From: a virus
Length of the DNA: 64,000 nt
Direction: 5' to 3' (one strand)
Virus record (IMG/VR): IMGVR_UViG_3300030117_005808
Location: 32,001-96,000 of that record
In this document: piece after piece, positions 1-10,530 of the stretch
How positions within the stretch are numbered: position 1 is the stretch's first letter
Layout: every line of letters starts with the position of its first letter
Notes under the pieces: model-generated
Told to the model about the DNA's origin: nothing
The model's database searches: none
Seen by the model: only the letters and a program-made list of their open reading frames with translations
Translations under genes and position numbers: made by a program

Positions 1-2
1 TA

Positions 3-305
3 CTAAACATTTTTGTTATTTGGTATTGCCGAAATCTTATAGTGAGTTTGTTCGACGTGTCAAGCAATATGCAAACACTTGTCGAGGAAGTGTTGGCTTT
101 TGATCAACACTTAAATAGCGTTCATGAGCTAGAAGTATTTTATGGAGACGAAACGCTAGGAAATCTAATACGACATTCTAAGGGTTTAACCGAAACGCTG
201 GAAGACTTCGTAGAAATCTACACTCTCTTTGACCAAGAAACAGAAGAGAGATTAACCGAGGAGGTGCCTGATGATGCCGATGCCCAGACCCAAGAAACGC
301 CGTAG
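3..305 (+). CDS. Hypothetical protein, 5'-truncated; hydrophobic N-terminus plus helical/acidic C-terminus
   Basis: The frame of ORF 42..305 is open back to the window edge (LNIFVIWYCRNLIVSLF...), so the true start probably lies upstream. Confidence 0.6.
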   Translation, partial: LNIFVIWYCRNLIVSLFDVSSNMQTLVEEVLAFDQHLNSVHELEVFYGDETLGNLIRHSKGLTETLEDFVEIYTLFDQETEERLTEEVPDDADAQTQETP

Positions 306-975
306 AAAGGGTAAACAGTATTTTACCAAAGAGCACGAAAATGCAATAATACAATATGTGGCATCGACAGACATTAGGGAGAGATCCTATCTGTATAACG
401 AGTTTATCGGCCCTGTATTTAGTGAGATGGTAGACAAAATAGTTTACACTTATAAGTTTACCACACTTCCCAACATCGCGGATTTACAGGACGAATGCAA
501 GGTGTGGCTTGTCACTATTCTTCCCAAATACAATCCAGAGAAGGCCAAAGCTTTCTCATACTTCTCAGTCATTACCAAAAACTGGTTTATCCATAAAGTC
601 AAGAAACAAAACAAAAAGCGTAGAACAGAACTTGAGATTGTCGAGCAGTTACCAAAAGAAATGGAAATGAAGTATCTTTCCACTGCCAACCCTTATCCTA
701 GTCGTCGTGAACACGAAGAGTTTTTCAACTTTCTAAAGAGCGAGATTGATACTTGGGAGCACGACAAAATGAAAGAAAACGAAGAAAAGGTACTAAATGC
801 CGTCCGTATTCTATTTGAAAGCGCCGAAGACATAGAAATTTTTAACAAGAAAGCTATTTATTTATATATGAGAGAGATAACTGGTTTAAACACCAAACAA
901 GTTGTCAACAACCTTAATAAAATGCGTGTTAAATATGCAGTCTTCCGCAAAAAATGGAATAAGGGCGAGTTATGA
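271..975 (+). CDS. Phage late-transcription sigma factor (T4 gp55-like, sigma region 2 only)
   Basis: KYNPEKAKAFSYFSVITKNWFI resembles the gp55/sigma70 region 2 motif (FDPEK...FAYFT.I...AF); SD GGAGG upstream. Confidence 0.75.
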   Translation: MMPMPRPKKRRRKGKQYFTKEHENAIIQYVASTDIRERSYLYNEFIGPVFSEMVDKIVYTYKFTTLPNIADLQDECKVWLVTILPKYNPEKAKAFSYFSVITKNWFIHKVKKQNKKRRTELEIVEQLPKEMEMKYLSTANPYPSRREHEEFFNFLKSEIDTWEHDKMKENEEKVLNAVRILFESAEDIEIFNKKAIYLYMREITGLNTKQVVNNLNKMRVKYAVFRKKWNKGEL

Positions 976-1265
976 AAGATTTAGATCACTATCTTGAGAC
1001 AGCGATCAAAAACATACAAGACGACCGTGAGGTCACCAAAGAACTCTTAGACGATGTGATGCGGTACCTCTCCAAAGACGAGGAGAGACACACGCAGGTG
1101 GGCTCCGTGGCGGCTAAGTATGTGGAGACCCTGCAACGCTCCAACGAGCAGCTAGTGAAGATCTCAGGCCTTATTCACAAGCAACAGGCTGGTGACACAG
1201 GCTTGTCAGACTCTGACCGTGAAGACATCTTTGAGATGTTGCAACAGGAGAACGCTGATGGCTGA
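972..1265 (+). CDS. Small helical protein, possible terminase small subunit
   Basis: 97 aa, coiled-coil pattern, overlaps the sigma gene stop. Only a loose resemblance to gp16-type helices. Confidence 0.45.
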   Translation: MKDLDHYLETAIKNIQDDREVTKELLDDVMRYLSKDEERHTQVGSVAAKYVETLQRSNEQLVKISGLIHKQQAGDTGLSDSDREDIFEMLQQENADG

Positions 1266-2403
1266 AGTAGATTTTCGCAATATCCTTCCGGGCCAATTGA
1301 ATCCAGACCTCACGCCGGTTATTGGTAGTCCGATTGCACGTTCGTCCAATATTATTGATGACCCGATGTCCATATATCGCAGGTCTATCAAAAATGTGTT
1401 TGCCCCAAATGTGTTTGAAAATGTTACCGTTCTCCGAGCAGTGGTTTTATATGTTTATCAAACGCCGGGCCAGCCAATCCTTGGTAACCTGCCGCTTAAA
1501 CAACGTTCAAGAAACGAGAGGTCGGACGCTACCTCCGTACATTTAGTTCAGTACGGCCTTGAAGCCGGCGATGAGGTTTATATTAAATGTATGATTCCAG
1601 AGGTTCATTTGCACAACCCCAACCCATTTGAGGCTAATGATGCTGCTGGGTTTTTAAGTATTTCGGATGCTTTTTATCCTGCATATCAAGTCACTGATAA
1701 GATGGTGGCCTCTGATTGCAAAGGTTTAATGCCGGGCTCTATTGTTGAGGTTAGGTTTGATGACCCAAACAGATCTATTGGGTATGTATCCATGGTTGTG
1801 AATAGAGCGACAAATCATATTCTCGGAGATCTTATTCAGCAAAACTCTGCCCGAGGTGCTTTTAACGGAGCTAGCCCAGCAACAACCCCATATCCCGGCG
1901 AGGAGTCGAGCAGCGAAGGTGACTTGGATCCGGAGTTCGCAGAATTATTAAATAATTTATTGGACAGCGTTTTTGCTGAATATGGCTACACGTTTACTAT
2001 TGAAAGAACTTTCCGATCGGAAGAAAGGCAAGAATTCTATAAAGATCAGGGATGGTCTTCGGTCACGCGTGGCCAGCACAACAATGTTGACTCCTCTGGC
2101 AATCCTGCCGCACTCGCGGCTGATGTTAATGTGACTGGTATACCAACTCCGGGCACATCAGGCACCGGACCCATGAGTCCAAATGAAGCAGCAGCTTATA
2201 TCGCACTAAGAGACACAGCACCTAGATTCGGACTTCGCACTGGCGGCGCATATAGCACTACTGCCCCTAATGGCGAACCATCGGCGGGAGCAGCTTATGG
2301 GCTCGGTTGGGATCCTTTCCATATTGAGTACGCGCCTCCACGAAGCGTACAAATAGCAAGCGATGTTGGCGTAGCAGACCCCGACGCAACAGAGATCGTT
2401 TAG
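1258..2403 (+). CDS. Baseplate hub protein: gp5-like N-terminal OB-fold plus C-terminal M15-family Zn peptidoglycan peptidase
   Basis: ATG 1258 with AGGAG at 1246-1250. PGSIVEVRFDD is OB-fold-like. M15 motifs TFRSEERQ, GQHN, LAAD, WDPFHIEY. Confidence 0.7.
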   Translation: MAEVDFRNILPGQLNPDLTPVIGSPIARSSNIIDDPMSIYRRSIKNVFAPNVFENVTVLRAVVLYVYQTPGQPILGNLPLKQRSRNERSDATSVHLVQYGLEAGDEVYIKCMIPEVHLHNPNPFEANDAAGFLSISDAFYPAYQVTDKMVASDCKGLMPGSIVEVRFDDPNRSIGYVSMVVNRATNHILGDLIQQNSARGAFNGASPATTPYPGEESSSEGDLDPEFAELLNNLLDSVFAEYGYTFTIERTFRSEERQEFYKDQGWSSVTRGQHNNVDSSGNPAALAADVNVTGIPTPGTSGTGPMSPNEAAAYIALRDTAPRFGLRTGGAYSTTAPNGEPSAGAAYGLGWDPFHIEYAPPRSVQIASDVGVADPDATEIV

Positions 2404-2413
2404 AGAGTTTAAA

Positions 2414-3448
2414 ATGGCAAGAGATAAAAAAATAAATAAGAAGAATAAGAAATTAAGCCCGTTTGATGGAAAACTGAGCCCTAAAGACGGAGCAGGGTTC
2501 GACAACACGGTTTTAAAAGAAAAGCAACCACACTATGTGTTGGCAGAATGTGAAAAACAATATCCACCAAGTGTTTTGAATAATGCTAGAATTGTATTTG
2601 GCCGCGACCGAAACTCTTCTATTAGTTCGGGCTATGGTGGTAAAGGCCACACCAGAGCCGGCGCAATTGATTTAGTTGTTGGTCTTCAAGGGTGGTCACC
2701 GGGTGAAAACTATAAAGAGATTAAAAAGACCGGTGAAGAGAAGATGGGTTTTGCTGATAAAAGCTTTGGCTCGATGAATAACGGACAGCCCGGCGATGCT
2801 GCAAGGATTTATATATCCCAACGCGCCGACATCGATAAATATTTTGATATATGTGATGGCAATGTTGGACAATCAATAGCAGAGTCTGCCATTGGCATGA
2901 AGGCCGATTCCATTAGGATTATGGCCAGAAAAGGCATTAAAATTGTTACCGGAAAGAACCCGCCCGGTAGAAACTCTTTAGATGGTAAACTAAATGAGAC
3001 TTACGGTATTGACCTCATTGCCGGAAACCGCGATTTTAGCACAGGACTAGAAACCGTGGGTGCCAAAGTGGCTGATATGTTGGATTTACCATTTGGCCGA
3101 CCACACCCTCTACAGCCCATCCCTAAAGGGGACAATCTAGTATTCTTTTTAGATATATTGTCAGATAACATAGTGCTCCTTAACTCTGTTGTTGCTGGTT
3201 TACTTATGATTGTTCCTCTTTTATCAAACGCAACACTCTCGCCAAAAGCAGGCCTAGGCCCAACAGGCCCAGTAACTACTTTTCCGGGCCTCTCGGATCT
3301 ATCCAGTGTCTCAGCATATTTATCTCTTATTAATAAACAAATGACCAAGCTGATATCGCAACAAGCAAATATGACGGCTGTAAAAAACAACTATTTGCAA
3401 CACGGTAGCATATACTATATTAATAGCCGACATAACAGGACCAACTAA
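2414..3448 (+). CDS. Baseplate central spike-like protein (gp5 C-terminal beta-helix-like)
   Basis: Short beta-strand repeats (ARIYISQ, ADSIRIMARKGIKIVTG, YGIDLIAG); lies between the OB/peptidase gene and the wedge genes. Confidence 0.5.
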   Translation: MARDKKINKKNKKLSPFDGKLSPKDGAGFDNTVLKEKQPHYVLAECEKQYPPSVLNNARIVFGRDRNSSISSGYGGKGHTRAGAIDLVVGLQGWSPGENYKEIKKTGEEKMGFADKSFGSMNNGQPGDAARIYISQRADIDKYFDICDGNVGQSIAESAIGMKADSIRIMARKGIKIVTGKNPPGRNSLDGKLNETYGIDLIAGNRDFSTGLETVGAKVADMLDLPFGRPHPLQPIPKGDNLVFFLDILSDNIVLLNSVVAGLLMIVPLLSNATLSPKAGLGPTGPVTTFPGLSDLSSVSAYLSLINKQMTKLISQQANMTAVKNNYLQHGSIYYINSRHNRTN

Positions 3449-3450
3449 AA

Positions 3451-6400
3451 ATGTCAAAGATTAAAAGAGAAGACGGTAAAAGCAGTATAGAAGAATATAC
3501 TGGTGCAGAAACCGAAGAGGGCTTTGAGTCTGGATCCCGTCGTGGAAGAAGTCGAGATGGGGAAGATACCGGCTCATACCTTGATCCCAATCAGGATCCC
3601 TCCGCTCCCGATGATGAGTCAGAAGGCAAAGACACATCTGATGGTTCTTTGTTAGAAGATTATGCTGATCTTTACGACCCGATAGACGAAAGTTTCAAAT
3701 TTCTTGAATGTGATCCAGTTGAACAAGTAGATGACAAGCCACCTTGTCCTGTATGTCGCCCTAATCCGTATGCTTATGTCCCCGACTATCGTATGATGGA
3801 AAACGGTGAAGTGTTTTTTAACGGCAAGAACTGTACACAAAACATAGTGTTAACCTTCGACGCACCGGCAAACTCTGTTTTAACTGGTGCGACAATCAAA
3901 GAAAGCCGCGAAGACTCAGAGGTATTTGCACCAGCGCCCGATAGACAAATAATCGAATCAACTGGCCCGACCGTTTCGGAACTAAAAAGCCCAAACTTTA
4001 AGAAAGAGCAAAAACAAATTGGCATTGGAAAACTCCTAGATTATTTTAATAAATCCACAGAGGCAACAGCTTTTATTTACCGAGCTAAACCACCAAAAGA
4101 TAGAGTGTTGGCTGGAACTACTGCTGCTCTTGGGACAGGTGGCACAGCAGCGGCAATAGCTTTAGCAGCTACAGCCCCTGCATCTTTAGCTCTTCTAGTC
4201 GGCGCCACCGCCGCAGTCACACTTGGCCTTGGGTATGCAGCATTATTACCTAAGAAGAAAGGTTATGATCTATCAACAGAAGAAATAGATATCCCAAAAG
4301 AGTTGATGAAATATGCAACATATGAATATCATATTCCCTTACAACTTAAAGCAAGGACAAGGGTTTTGATATCGATTCCTGTCGAACAATTTAACCGTGC
4401 GCCAGATAGGCTTGTTTCGGAACCAGAAACGGACTTTGAAGATAAGCTAGAAGTCACATTTATGGGTAACGATATTAACGGTATGATAAAAAGAGCAACG
4501 TCTGCTTTTAGGGTTTATGATAATGAACTTAAGAGATGGAGAGGATTTGAGGGAGGCAAGCTTGTTGAGGTCAACAGTGGTAGAACAAGTGCTTTTAGTC
4601 TAGCTTCTGAGGCTGACAAGCTTGTGACATTTAAGCATGAACTTGACAATTTAATGGAGGAGCTTGGCTTTTCTTTAGATCCGTTTAAACCCGGCAAAAG
4701 ACCAGAAAAAATACTTATTAAGTTTAAGTTTGAGAACGAAAAATATTCTATTCGACAAATACATGTTAATCTACCGGGCTGTCCTGTTGTTAAAGTTGGA
4801 CCCCGAGGCAAATTTAAGGGCTTATATGAAAAGTATACTAAAAAGTCCCCGCTTGGCCGTTCTAGAACTCTGCATTATGTCGGCGCATTGCCAGAAATCG
4901 ATATTGCATTAACTGCACGAACACCAATGCCATGGCTCGAAGTCACAACCAAGTTCACATATCCTCCTCTTGAAATACAAAACGGTATTAACTCAAATAC
5001 TATGTTTAATGATCCAACTATGTTGGGCTGTCTGATAAACTCAAACCTTGCAGATGAGAGAGTGGATGATTTTTTCAATGATATAACTGGCCTTCTTGAT
5101 GGTTTTGACGATTTATTTTTGGCCAAACTCGGAGAGTTTAGTTGTAAAACACGCGAGCAACTTCAAGACGATTTAACTGTATTACAAAATTTCGACAATG
5201 TGTTCACAGCCCAAAGTAAGCGAGTCCTAACGCAACTTCGCAATGAACTACGCGCTGACGATCCATATTTAGATATTGTTGTACAAGAAATGTTCCCGGC
5301 ACAGACTGCTTGGGGCGAACTTAGCCCCCAACAGCAAGCTGCTGAAATTAAAGAGCATGGCTCTCTGAAGGCCGCTAAGGAATCAAATGCTCCAAAAGAC
5401 GTTCAGGAAAAGTTTTTTGTTAGATTGAACGATAGGTTAGGTCATTGCGGGTGGATCGCTTTAACGATGAGAGCTATTGATTGTGTCGCACAAGGTATAA
5501 CTGGTGACGCTGCAACAAAACTCCTCGCGGAAGCAGCTTTTGATGCTATGGAAGACGCAGCGTTAACAAGATCTTTCTTAGGACTTTCACCAGAGGCTCA
5601 ACAGAAAGTTGTCGATTCTATGCGAAATAACTTTGGTGATATGCCAGCGCCTTGGGATACTGACTATCAGCCCGGAAATTATACAGGTGCAGGCTTTTCG
5701 GTTAGCCCACTTAGTGCAGACCAGAAAAACTTTCTCGATGAGGAAGGAGGCCAAGAGGCGGTTGATGAGGCTCTTGCTGATGTAAGAGAAGCCGAGGCGG
5801 ACACGCCACCCAAACCTCTCAGTCAGAGGGGATCGGGCGGCACATATGGTCGAGCTTTGGGCGGCGTCCAAAAGGAGGCTTACGATGCACTTAAGCAGTC
5901 CATGTTTGATGCTCTCGGCGCGGAAGAGCTACTAGAGGCTGCGAATCAACTTCCCGGCGCTCCAATCATATCACAGATACTTAAAAGAGTAGCTTGTAGG
6001 CAGACACCCCTTATCTATAGTGAACCAAAACTGGATTCGTTCCTAAGCACCGTAGAATTTGATTTCTGCCAGTGGGATTCTGACATGACATTCCCTGAAT
6101 TTGGCATACTTAGTATTCCTGATCTTTTTGCAAGATTGTTAAAAGCTTTGGAAGAAGCCATTATTGAGACTGCCGTAGCTATTGCAATGCAAGTGGTTAA
6201 ATTAATCTTAGAAAAGATCTTTTCTCTTGCTTGTGATGCTTTGGCATTACTCGGAGCTAACTTACTCGACCTTACTAACGGAAACAATCACTTTAGGAAC
6301 CTATTGAAGGACAACCTGTGCCCCGATGCATCTCAAGAGGATATGAACGATACAATCAAAAACCTGTTTGACGCCCTTGGAGATCCTGATCAGGATTGTC

Positions 6401-9400
6401 TTGAAAGATTGACAAACGATGAGATGGGAGATTTCATTGATGATATATCCTTGATGTTAACACAAGGCCAAATATGTCAACTTCTAAGGGGCAACCCAAG
6501 CGACGAAACAATGAAAATGGCAATGGAGCTTGCACAAACATCAGGTTCGGAGTGTATTAGGGATATATTTTCAGATCCCAACGCGTTCAGAGATTTCTTT
6601 AGGTCACTCGCGCCATTTATCCCCAACTTAAATGAGTTATGTGATAACTTACTACCAAATGCTAGCGATTTGGATGTCTACCCTTGTGCCCCCGGCACTG
6701 CTGACAAGATCGAAGAGTTTAGGTGTGACCTCTTGCAACAGAAGGGACTCACAAAGGAAGAGTGCAGAGATATTCTTGACGATCTTAAAGATAAGGCTCT
6801 AATGGATTTGGCAGATCTAGCCGATGTAATGCAGAACGGACCATTTGCAAACACACCTCCAATGAGATCCGACGCCGATTGTCCAGCCGCTGGTTTCTTC
6901 CCAAATGAACACCCGCTTCAAAAGGCTCTTAATAATAATATTTCTAAATCAATGATGGAAACTATTGAGAAGGCTCACTTAAGAGACCTGTGGGGCAATA
7001 TTAATAAAGGCACAGGCCAAGGCGGTTTCTTAAATGCTGTCTTGTCCGATACATTAGGACGCCCCTACAAACAACACAACTGGTATGTTGAACACCTTGG
7101 TGCTCCATTGGCAGCAGATTTTGGTTTTTTCGATTATCATTGTGATAATGCGATTATGAAACCCCAAGAGGGCAAGGTTGATGGTAACAAAAACAAGCCT
7201 ATAAATGTATTTGGTGAAGAACTGGCAGGCGAAGAGGGTGGTAAGTCTGGAAGGCAATCTTTCGGCGCCGGCTATTCTAATGGCGGGTATCCTCCAACCG
7301 TAGCGGCTCATCTTTCCAAGAAGTTTAAAAATATGCACAAAAACATGACGTTTAGCACTACAACTAAGCCTCCGGGTTTTCCAAATATGGCATCAGCCAT
7401 AGAAGAGTTTGAAAGAGTTCAAAGAGTTAACGAAAAACGCATTGATGAGCGTAGCAAATATATCGAAGCTTGGATTAGAGAGAATGATATTGAAGATAGA
7501 TTTCAATCTAAGAGATCGGTCCTCGCGCAAGATCTTCGTTCGGGTATCACTAAGAAGATATTCTTTGCCGAGTTTGCCAGAGACGAAGATAAAGTCAGCA
7601 CAACTAATATCGCAAGAAAATCCAATCCCAAAAACTCAGCCGGTGACTTGGCCCGAGAGGTTTTATTAGGTAAGCAAGTTTTAGGTGGTGTTGGAAAGAA
7701 GGGGGAAAAAGGAGTTCCATCTCGCTCGGGCACCAAGGGAGAAGTATTTATTGATTTTTATGCCGGAAAACATCAGTTACTTCCGCTTCCCGATACTTCA
7801 TCTGCTGACGTTGTACTAAAATATGGAGCATACTCAACAGACCCTGAAGACAATGAATCACCGTATCAGTTCACGATTGAGTATGATTACAATTTGTTTG
7901 ATCAAGAAACACAACGCATAATCGATGATAACAGATACAAAATTAAAGTCACTGAAACATATAGAACTGGCAAACCCTCTGGCAAGACCAAGAAGGAGTT
8001 ACGCAAGCTTGGCAACCAACAACTAACAACATCAATTTATCAACCGAATGCTACGGGGTACTCTTTTCCTAGATATGAATTTGAAGTTGTGTCCAACCCA
8101 CCGGGTGACATAGCTGATTTCTTAGATGGTTTGACTGAAGCAACACCGGGCGAACCATTAACAAGGCCAACTGCGGATCCATTGGGCGATTCTTTTGAGA
8201 CCGAGGCATTGTATAACTTCTTTAGAAGTCAGTTAACTGACATTTCGGAGGACCAACGCACAGCAGTTAGAGTTATGGATAGAGGAGCATTTAGAAACTA
8301 TTTTGCCAAAAAAGAAGATGTTTTTGACCCGCTAAATATTAATGAGCCAATAAAAAAATTAAACCTATTTGATCAACTCTCAACAGGATTTATAGAAAGA
8401 ATCTCCACACTTGTGTCAACTGGAAACCCAAATGACGGATACAAGGGCAGAGATGACGACGATCTTAGTAAAACAGAAAAGAAAATCGCGGATAAGATGA
8501 GCCTTGACAATATATCCAGAGCCTTCCAGTTCGGGTATAACCCAGATCGGCAGGCTAAGATTGTTGAACTTGATCCATTAAAATTTGGTGGCCCTATCGC
8601 TCGGGCAAACCCTGATTTAGTTCCCCCTCCGTTTTATGTAAAGGCTAGAAGATTCAAAGGCTGGTTAGATTTGTGCGACACACTAGTTCCAGAGGTATCA
8701 GGTTGTGAGCCAGAATCCAAAGCCATATATAACTTAGAAGATTTGTCAGATCTCGTAAGCTCGCTAGAATCGCAACTAACAGCAGATCCAAGATTACAAA
8801 ACGATCCGCTTTGTTCCCAAGAAGCACCATGCGATAAGATTCTTAGTTCTTTTGATGCCGCCAACCTTGAAGCCTCCATGAGGGCAATCATAAGAATATA
8901 CACTTTGGACGTGTTCTTAAGAACGATACCAGTCTTCACAGCATTCGCATTAACAAAAGATAACTATGATGACCTAATGTTGACGTTTGTTGTTGAAAGA
9001 ATGAAGCAAGGTCTTGTCATTGATGGTGCTAAGAGAACAGGTGCAGCCGACAACACTTATTACTACAGGTTCCTAGAGCAAGCGGTTAACAATACTAAAA
9101 GAAAACTAGACGCTGGAATATTAACTGCTGAAGATTTAACTGATGAAGAGAACGCTGCTTTTGATAGAATATCCATGGAAATAGCAAAGTTTTACGATCA
9201 ATTTGATGGACAGTTAGAGTGCCTATCTGATGCAGCTATTAAAGGTAAAGGTATTTTTGATGGATTCTTTTCTACTTCCGCTGCTGCCTCTGCGGTCGGT
9301 ATTGGTGCGGGAAGCAACAGATTTAATAAGGGAGTTGCTAAAAATGCGAAAGACAGGGCATTTAAAGATTTTGTCGGCCGCACCGAAAAAGACGCGCTCC

Positions 9401-10503
9401 TGTTCTTAAGAAGGTACGTTAGGGAAGAGTTTGCATTTTTAAGGGATAAGTTGTCGAATGCAATCCCACCAGTGGTCAATGATGTTAATAATCTCATGGC
9501 ACTTAGCCCTGATTGGGTTCGTGGTGCTGTAGACGCCGAGGGTCCATATAATGTTATGGGCGACGTAAATGATCCAACCGATTATGTGATAGAGGCCGCA
9601 CCGGCCCGACGAGGCTCTAATGATTCGGTGAGTTTTGTTACAAATAATTACTGGCCGTTTGTGTTAGAAAAATATATCAGAATACACGAAAAGGAAACCC
9701 CCGGCTCCGACGTAGACAGATCTTCAAATCTTTACGACATTGTAAACATAGACGACTGGGAAGCGTACATTAAAGAAGTGGCCTCTAGAGGAATAGAGGG
9801 TGATATATCTGACTTGTGGGAAGGCTGGAGTTTTGGACTGCGATTAAGCTATCTTGTTGCCAAGGAGGATAACGCGACATTTGAAGAAGTTATGAACACA
9901 GTACCAGAGTCTGTTTCCAGAGAGAATAAGGCATTTAATGTTGTGGATCGCGCCGGAGAAACCAGATACCTTATCCCAATCGCCTCTGGCGAGCTTCCAA
10001 TACCAGATCAGAAATATGATTTGTTCACGGCAGAGTCTTACGATGTTTACTGCCTGATCCCAGAGATGCAAAAAACTCCTGAGTTCCGAACAATGTTTAA
10101 ATATATTTTCCCGTTGCCTCGTTTTATTTCTTTGATCGCGATGTACTCAACAATGGGCTTTACATCATCAATAGGCAATACCGGCTATCCAAACGAAGGT
10201 GGAGACGTATGGGAATATCCGGGTGGAAAGCCCCATAAGAAATTTAGAAAGTGGAATCACAGCCCACAGAAAGCTTTTCAAAGATCCCGTCAGGCTGCGA
10301 GAAGAGTGTTCGAAAGCTTCTATGAAGCAGCCCAAGCTCTTGATTTTGATATGTCTTCCGATAGGGATCCAAAAAACAGTGCTGATTCTTTAAGAAACTC
10401 AATCCGTCCAAAAGTTAACTTTGAAGACGGGCTTCGTTGGTGGGAAAGGGGTCTTAGAGTTAAAGGTAATCCATATAACGATGACGGCGACTTGTGTGAC
10501 TAA
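3451..10503 (+). CDS. Giant (2350 aa) mostly helical, Cys-rich virion-associated protein with a hydrophobic hairpin
   Basis: Long uninterrupted ORF in the baseplate cluster with a 48-aa uncharged segment. No family recognised. Confidence 0.6.
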   Translation: MSKIKREDGKSSIEEYTGAETEEGFESGSRRGRSRDGEDTGSYLDPNQDPSAPDDESEGKDTSDGSLLEDYADLYDPIDESFKFLECDPVEQVDDKPPCPVCRPNPYAYVPDYRMMENGEVFFNGKNCTQNIVLTFDAPANSVLTGATIKESREDSEVFAPAPDRQIIESTGPTVSELKSPNFKKEQKQIGIGKLLDYFNKSTEATAFIYRAKPPKDRVLAGTTAALGTGGTAAAIALAATAPASLALLVGATAAVTLGLGYAALLPKKKGYDLSTEEIDIPKELMKYATYEYHIPLQLKARTRVLISIPVEQFNRAPDRLVSEPETDFEDKLEVTFMGNDINGMIKRATSAFRVYDNELKRWRGFEGGKLVEVNSGRTSAFSLASEADKLVTFKHELDNLMEELGFSLDPFKPGKRPEKILIKFKFENEKYSIRQIHVNLPGCPVVKVGPRGKFKGLYEKYTKKSPLGRSRTLHYVGALPEIDIALTARTPMPWLEVTTKFTYPPLEIQNGINSNTMFNDPTMLGCLINSNLADERVDDFFNDITGLLDGFDDLFLAKLGEFSCKTREQLQDDLTVLQNFDNVFTAQSKRVLTQLRNELRADDPYLDIVVQEMFPAQTAWGELSPQQQAAEIKEHGSLKAAKESNAPKDVQEKFFVRLNDRLGHCGWIALTMRAIDCVAQGITGDAATKLLAEAAFDAMEDAALTRSFLGLSPEAQQKVVDSMRNNFGDMPAPWDTDYQPGNYTGAGFSVSPLSADQKNFLDEEGGQEAVDEALADVREAEADTPPKPLSQRGSGGTYGRALGGVQKEAYDALKQSMFDALGAEELLEAANQLPGAPIISQILKRVACRQTPLIYSEPKLDSFLSTVEFDFCQWDSDMTFPEFGILSIPDLFARLLKALEEAIIETAVAIAMQVVKLILEKIFSLACDALALLGANLLDLTNGNNHFRNLLKDNLCPDASQEDMNDTIKNLFDALGDPDQDCLERLTNDEMGDFIDDISLMLTQGQICQLLRGNPSDETMKMAMELAQTSGSECIRDIFSDPNAFRDFFRSLAPFIPNLNELCDNLLPNASDLDVYPCAPGTADKIEEFRCDLLQQKGLTKEECRDILDDLKDKALMDLADLADVMQNGPFANTPPMRSDADCPAAGFFPNEHPLQKALNNNISKSMMETIEKAHLRDLWGNINKGTGQGGFLNAVLSDTLGRPYKQHNWYVEHLGAPLAADFGFFDYHCDNAIMKPQEGKVDGNKNKPINVFGEELAGEEGGKSGRQSFGAGYSNGGYPPTVAAHLSKKFKNMHKNMTFSTTTKPPGFPNMASAIEEFERVQRVNEKRIDERSKYIEAWIRENDIEDRFQSKRSVLAQDLRSGITKKIFFAEFARDEDKVSTTNIARKSNPKNSAGDLAREVLLGKQVLGGVGKKGEKGVPSRSGTKGEVFIDFYAGKHQLLPLPDTSSADVVLKYGAYSTDPEDNESPYQFTIEYDYNLFDQETQRIIDDNRYKIKVTETYRTGKPSGKTKKELRKLGNQQLTTSIYQPNATGYSFPRYEFEVVSNPPGDIADFLDGLTEATPGEPLTRPTADPLGDSFETEALYNFFRSQLTDISEDQRTAVRVMDRGAFRNYFAKKEDVFDPLNINEPIKKLNLFDQLSTGFIERISTLVSTGNPNDGYKGRDDDDLSKTEKKIADKMSLDNISRAFQFGYNPDRQAKIVELDPLKFGGPIARANPDLVPPPFYVKARRFKGWLDLCDTLVPEVSGCEPESKAIYNLEDLSDLVSSLESQLTADPRLQNDPLCSQEAPCDKILSSFDAANLEASMRAIIRIYTLDVFLRTIPVFTAFALTKDNYDDLMLTFVVERMKQGLVIDGAKRTGAADNTYYYRFLEQAVNNTKRKLDAGILTAEDLTDEENAAFDRISMEIAKFYDQFDGQLECLSDAAIKGKGIFDGFFSTSAAASAVGIGAGSNRFNKGVAKNAKDRAFKDFVGRTEKDALLFLRRYVREEFAFLRDKLSNAIPPVVNDVNNLMALSPDWVRGAVDAEGPYNVMGDVNDPTDYVIEAAPARRGSNDSVSFVTNNYWPFVLEKYIRIHEKETPGSDVDRSSNLYDIVNIDDWEAYIKEVASRGIEGDISDLWEGWSFGLRLSYLVAKEDNATFEEVMNTVPESVSRENKAFNVVDRAGETRYLIPIASGELPIPDQKYDLFTAESYDVYCLIPEMQKTPEFRTMFKYIFPLPRFISLIAMYSTMGFTSSIGNTGYPNEGGDVWEYPGGKPHKKFRKWNHSPQKAFQRSRQAARRVFESFYEAAQALDFDMSSDRDPKNSADSLRNSIRPKVNFEDGLRWWERGLRVKGNPYNDDGDLCD

Positions 10504-10530
10504 CTATATATTAATGTGGAGGAATAAATA

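Noticed and set aside
1192-1257. Upstream GTG start for the peptidase gene (likewise TTG 49664 and 42891)
   Set aside because: Downstream starts fit better: 1258 and 49676 have SD sequences, and 42918 gives a proper signal peptide.
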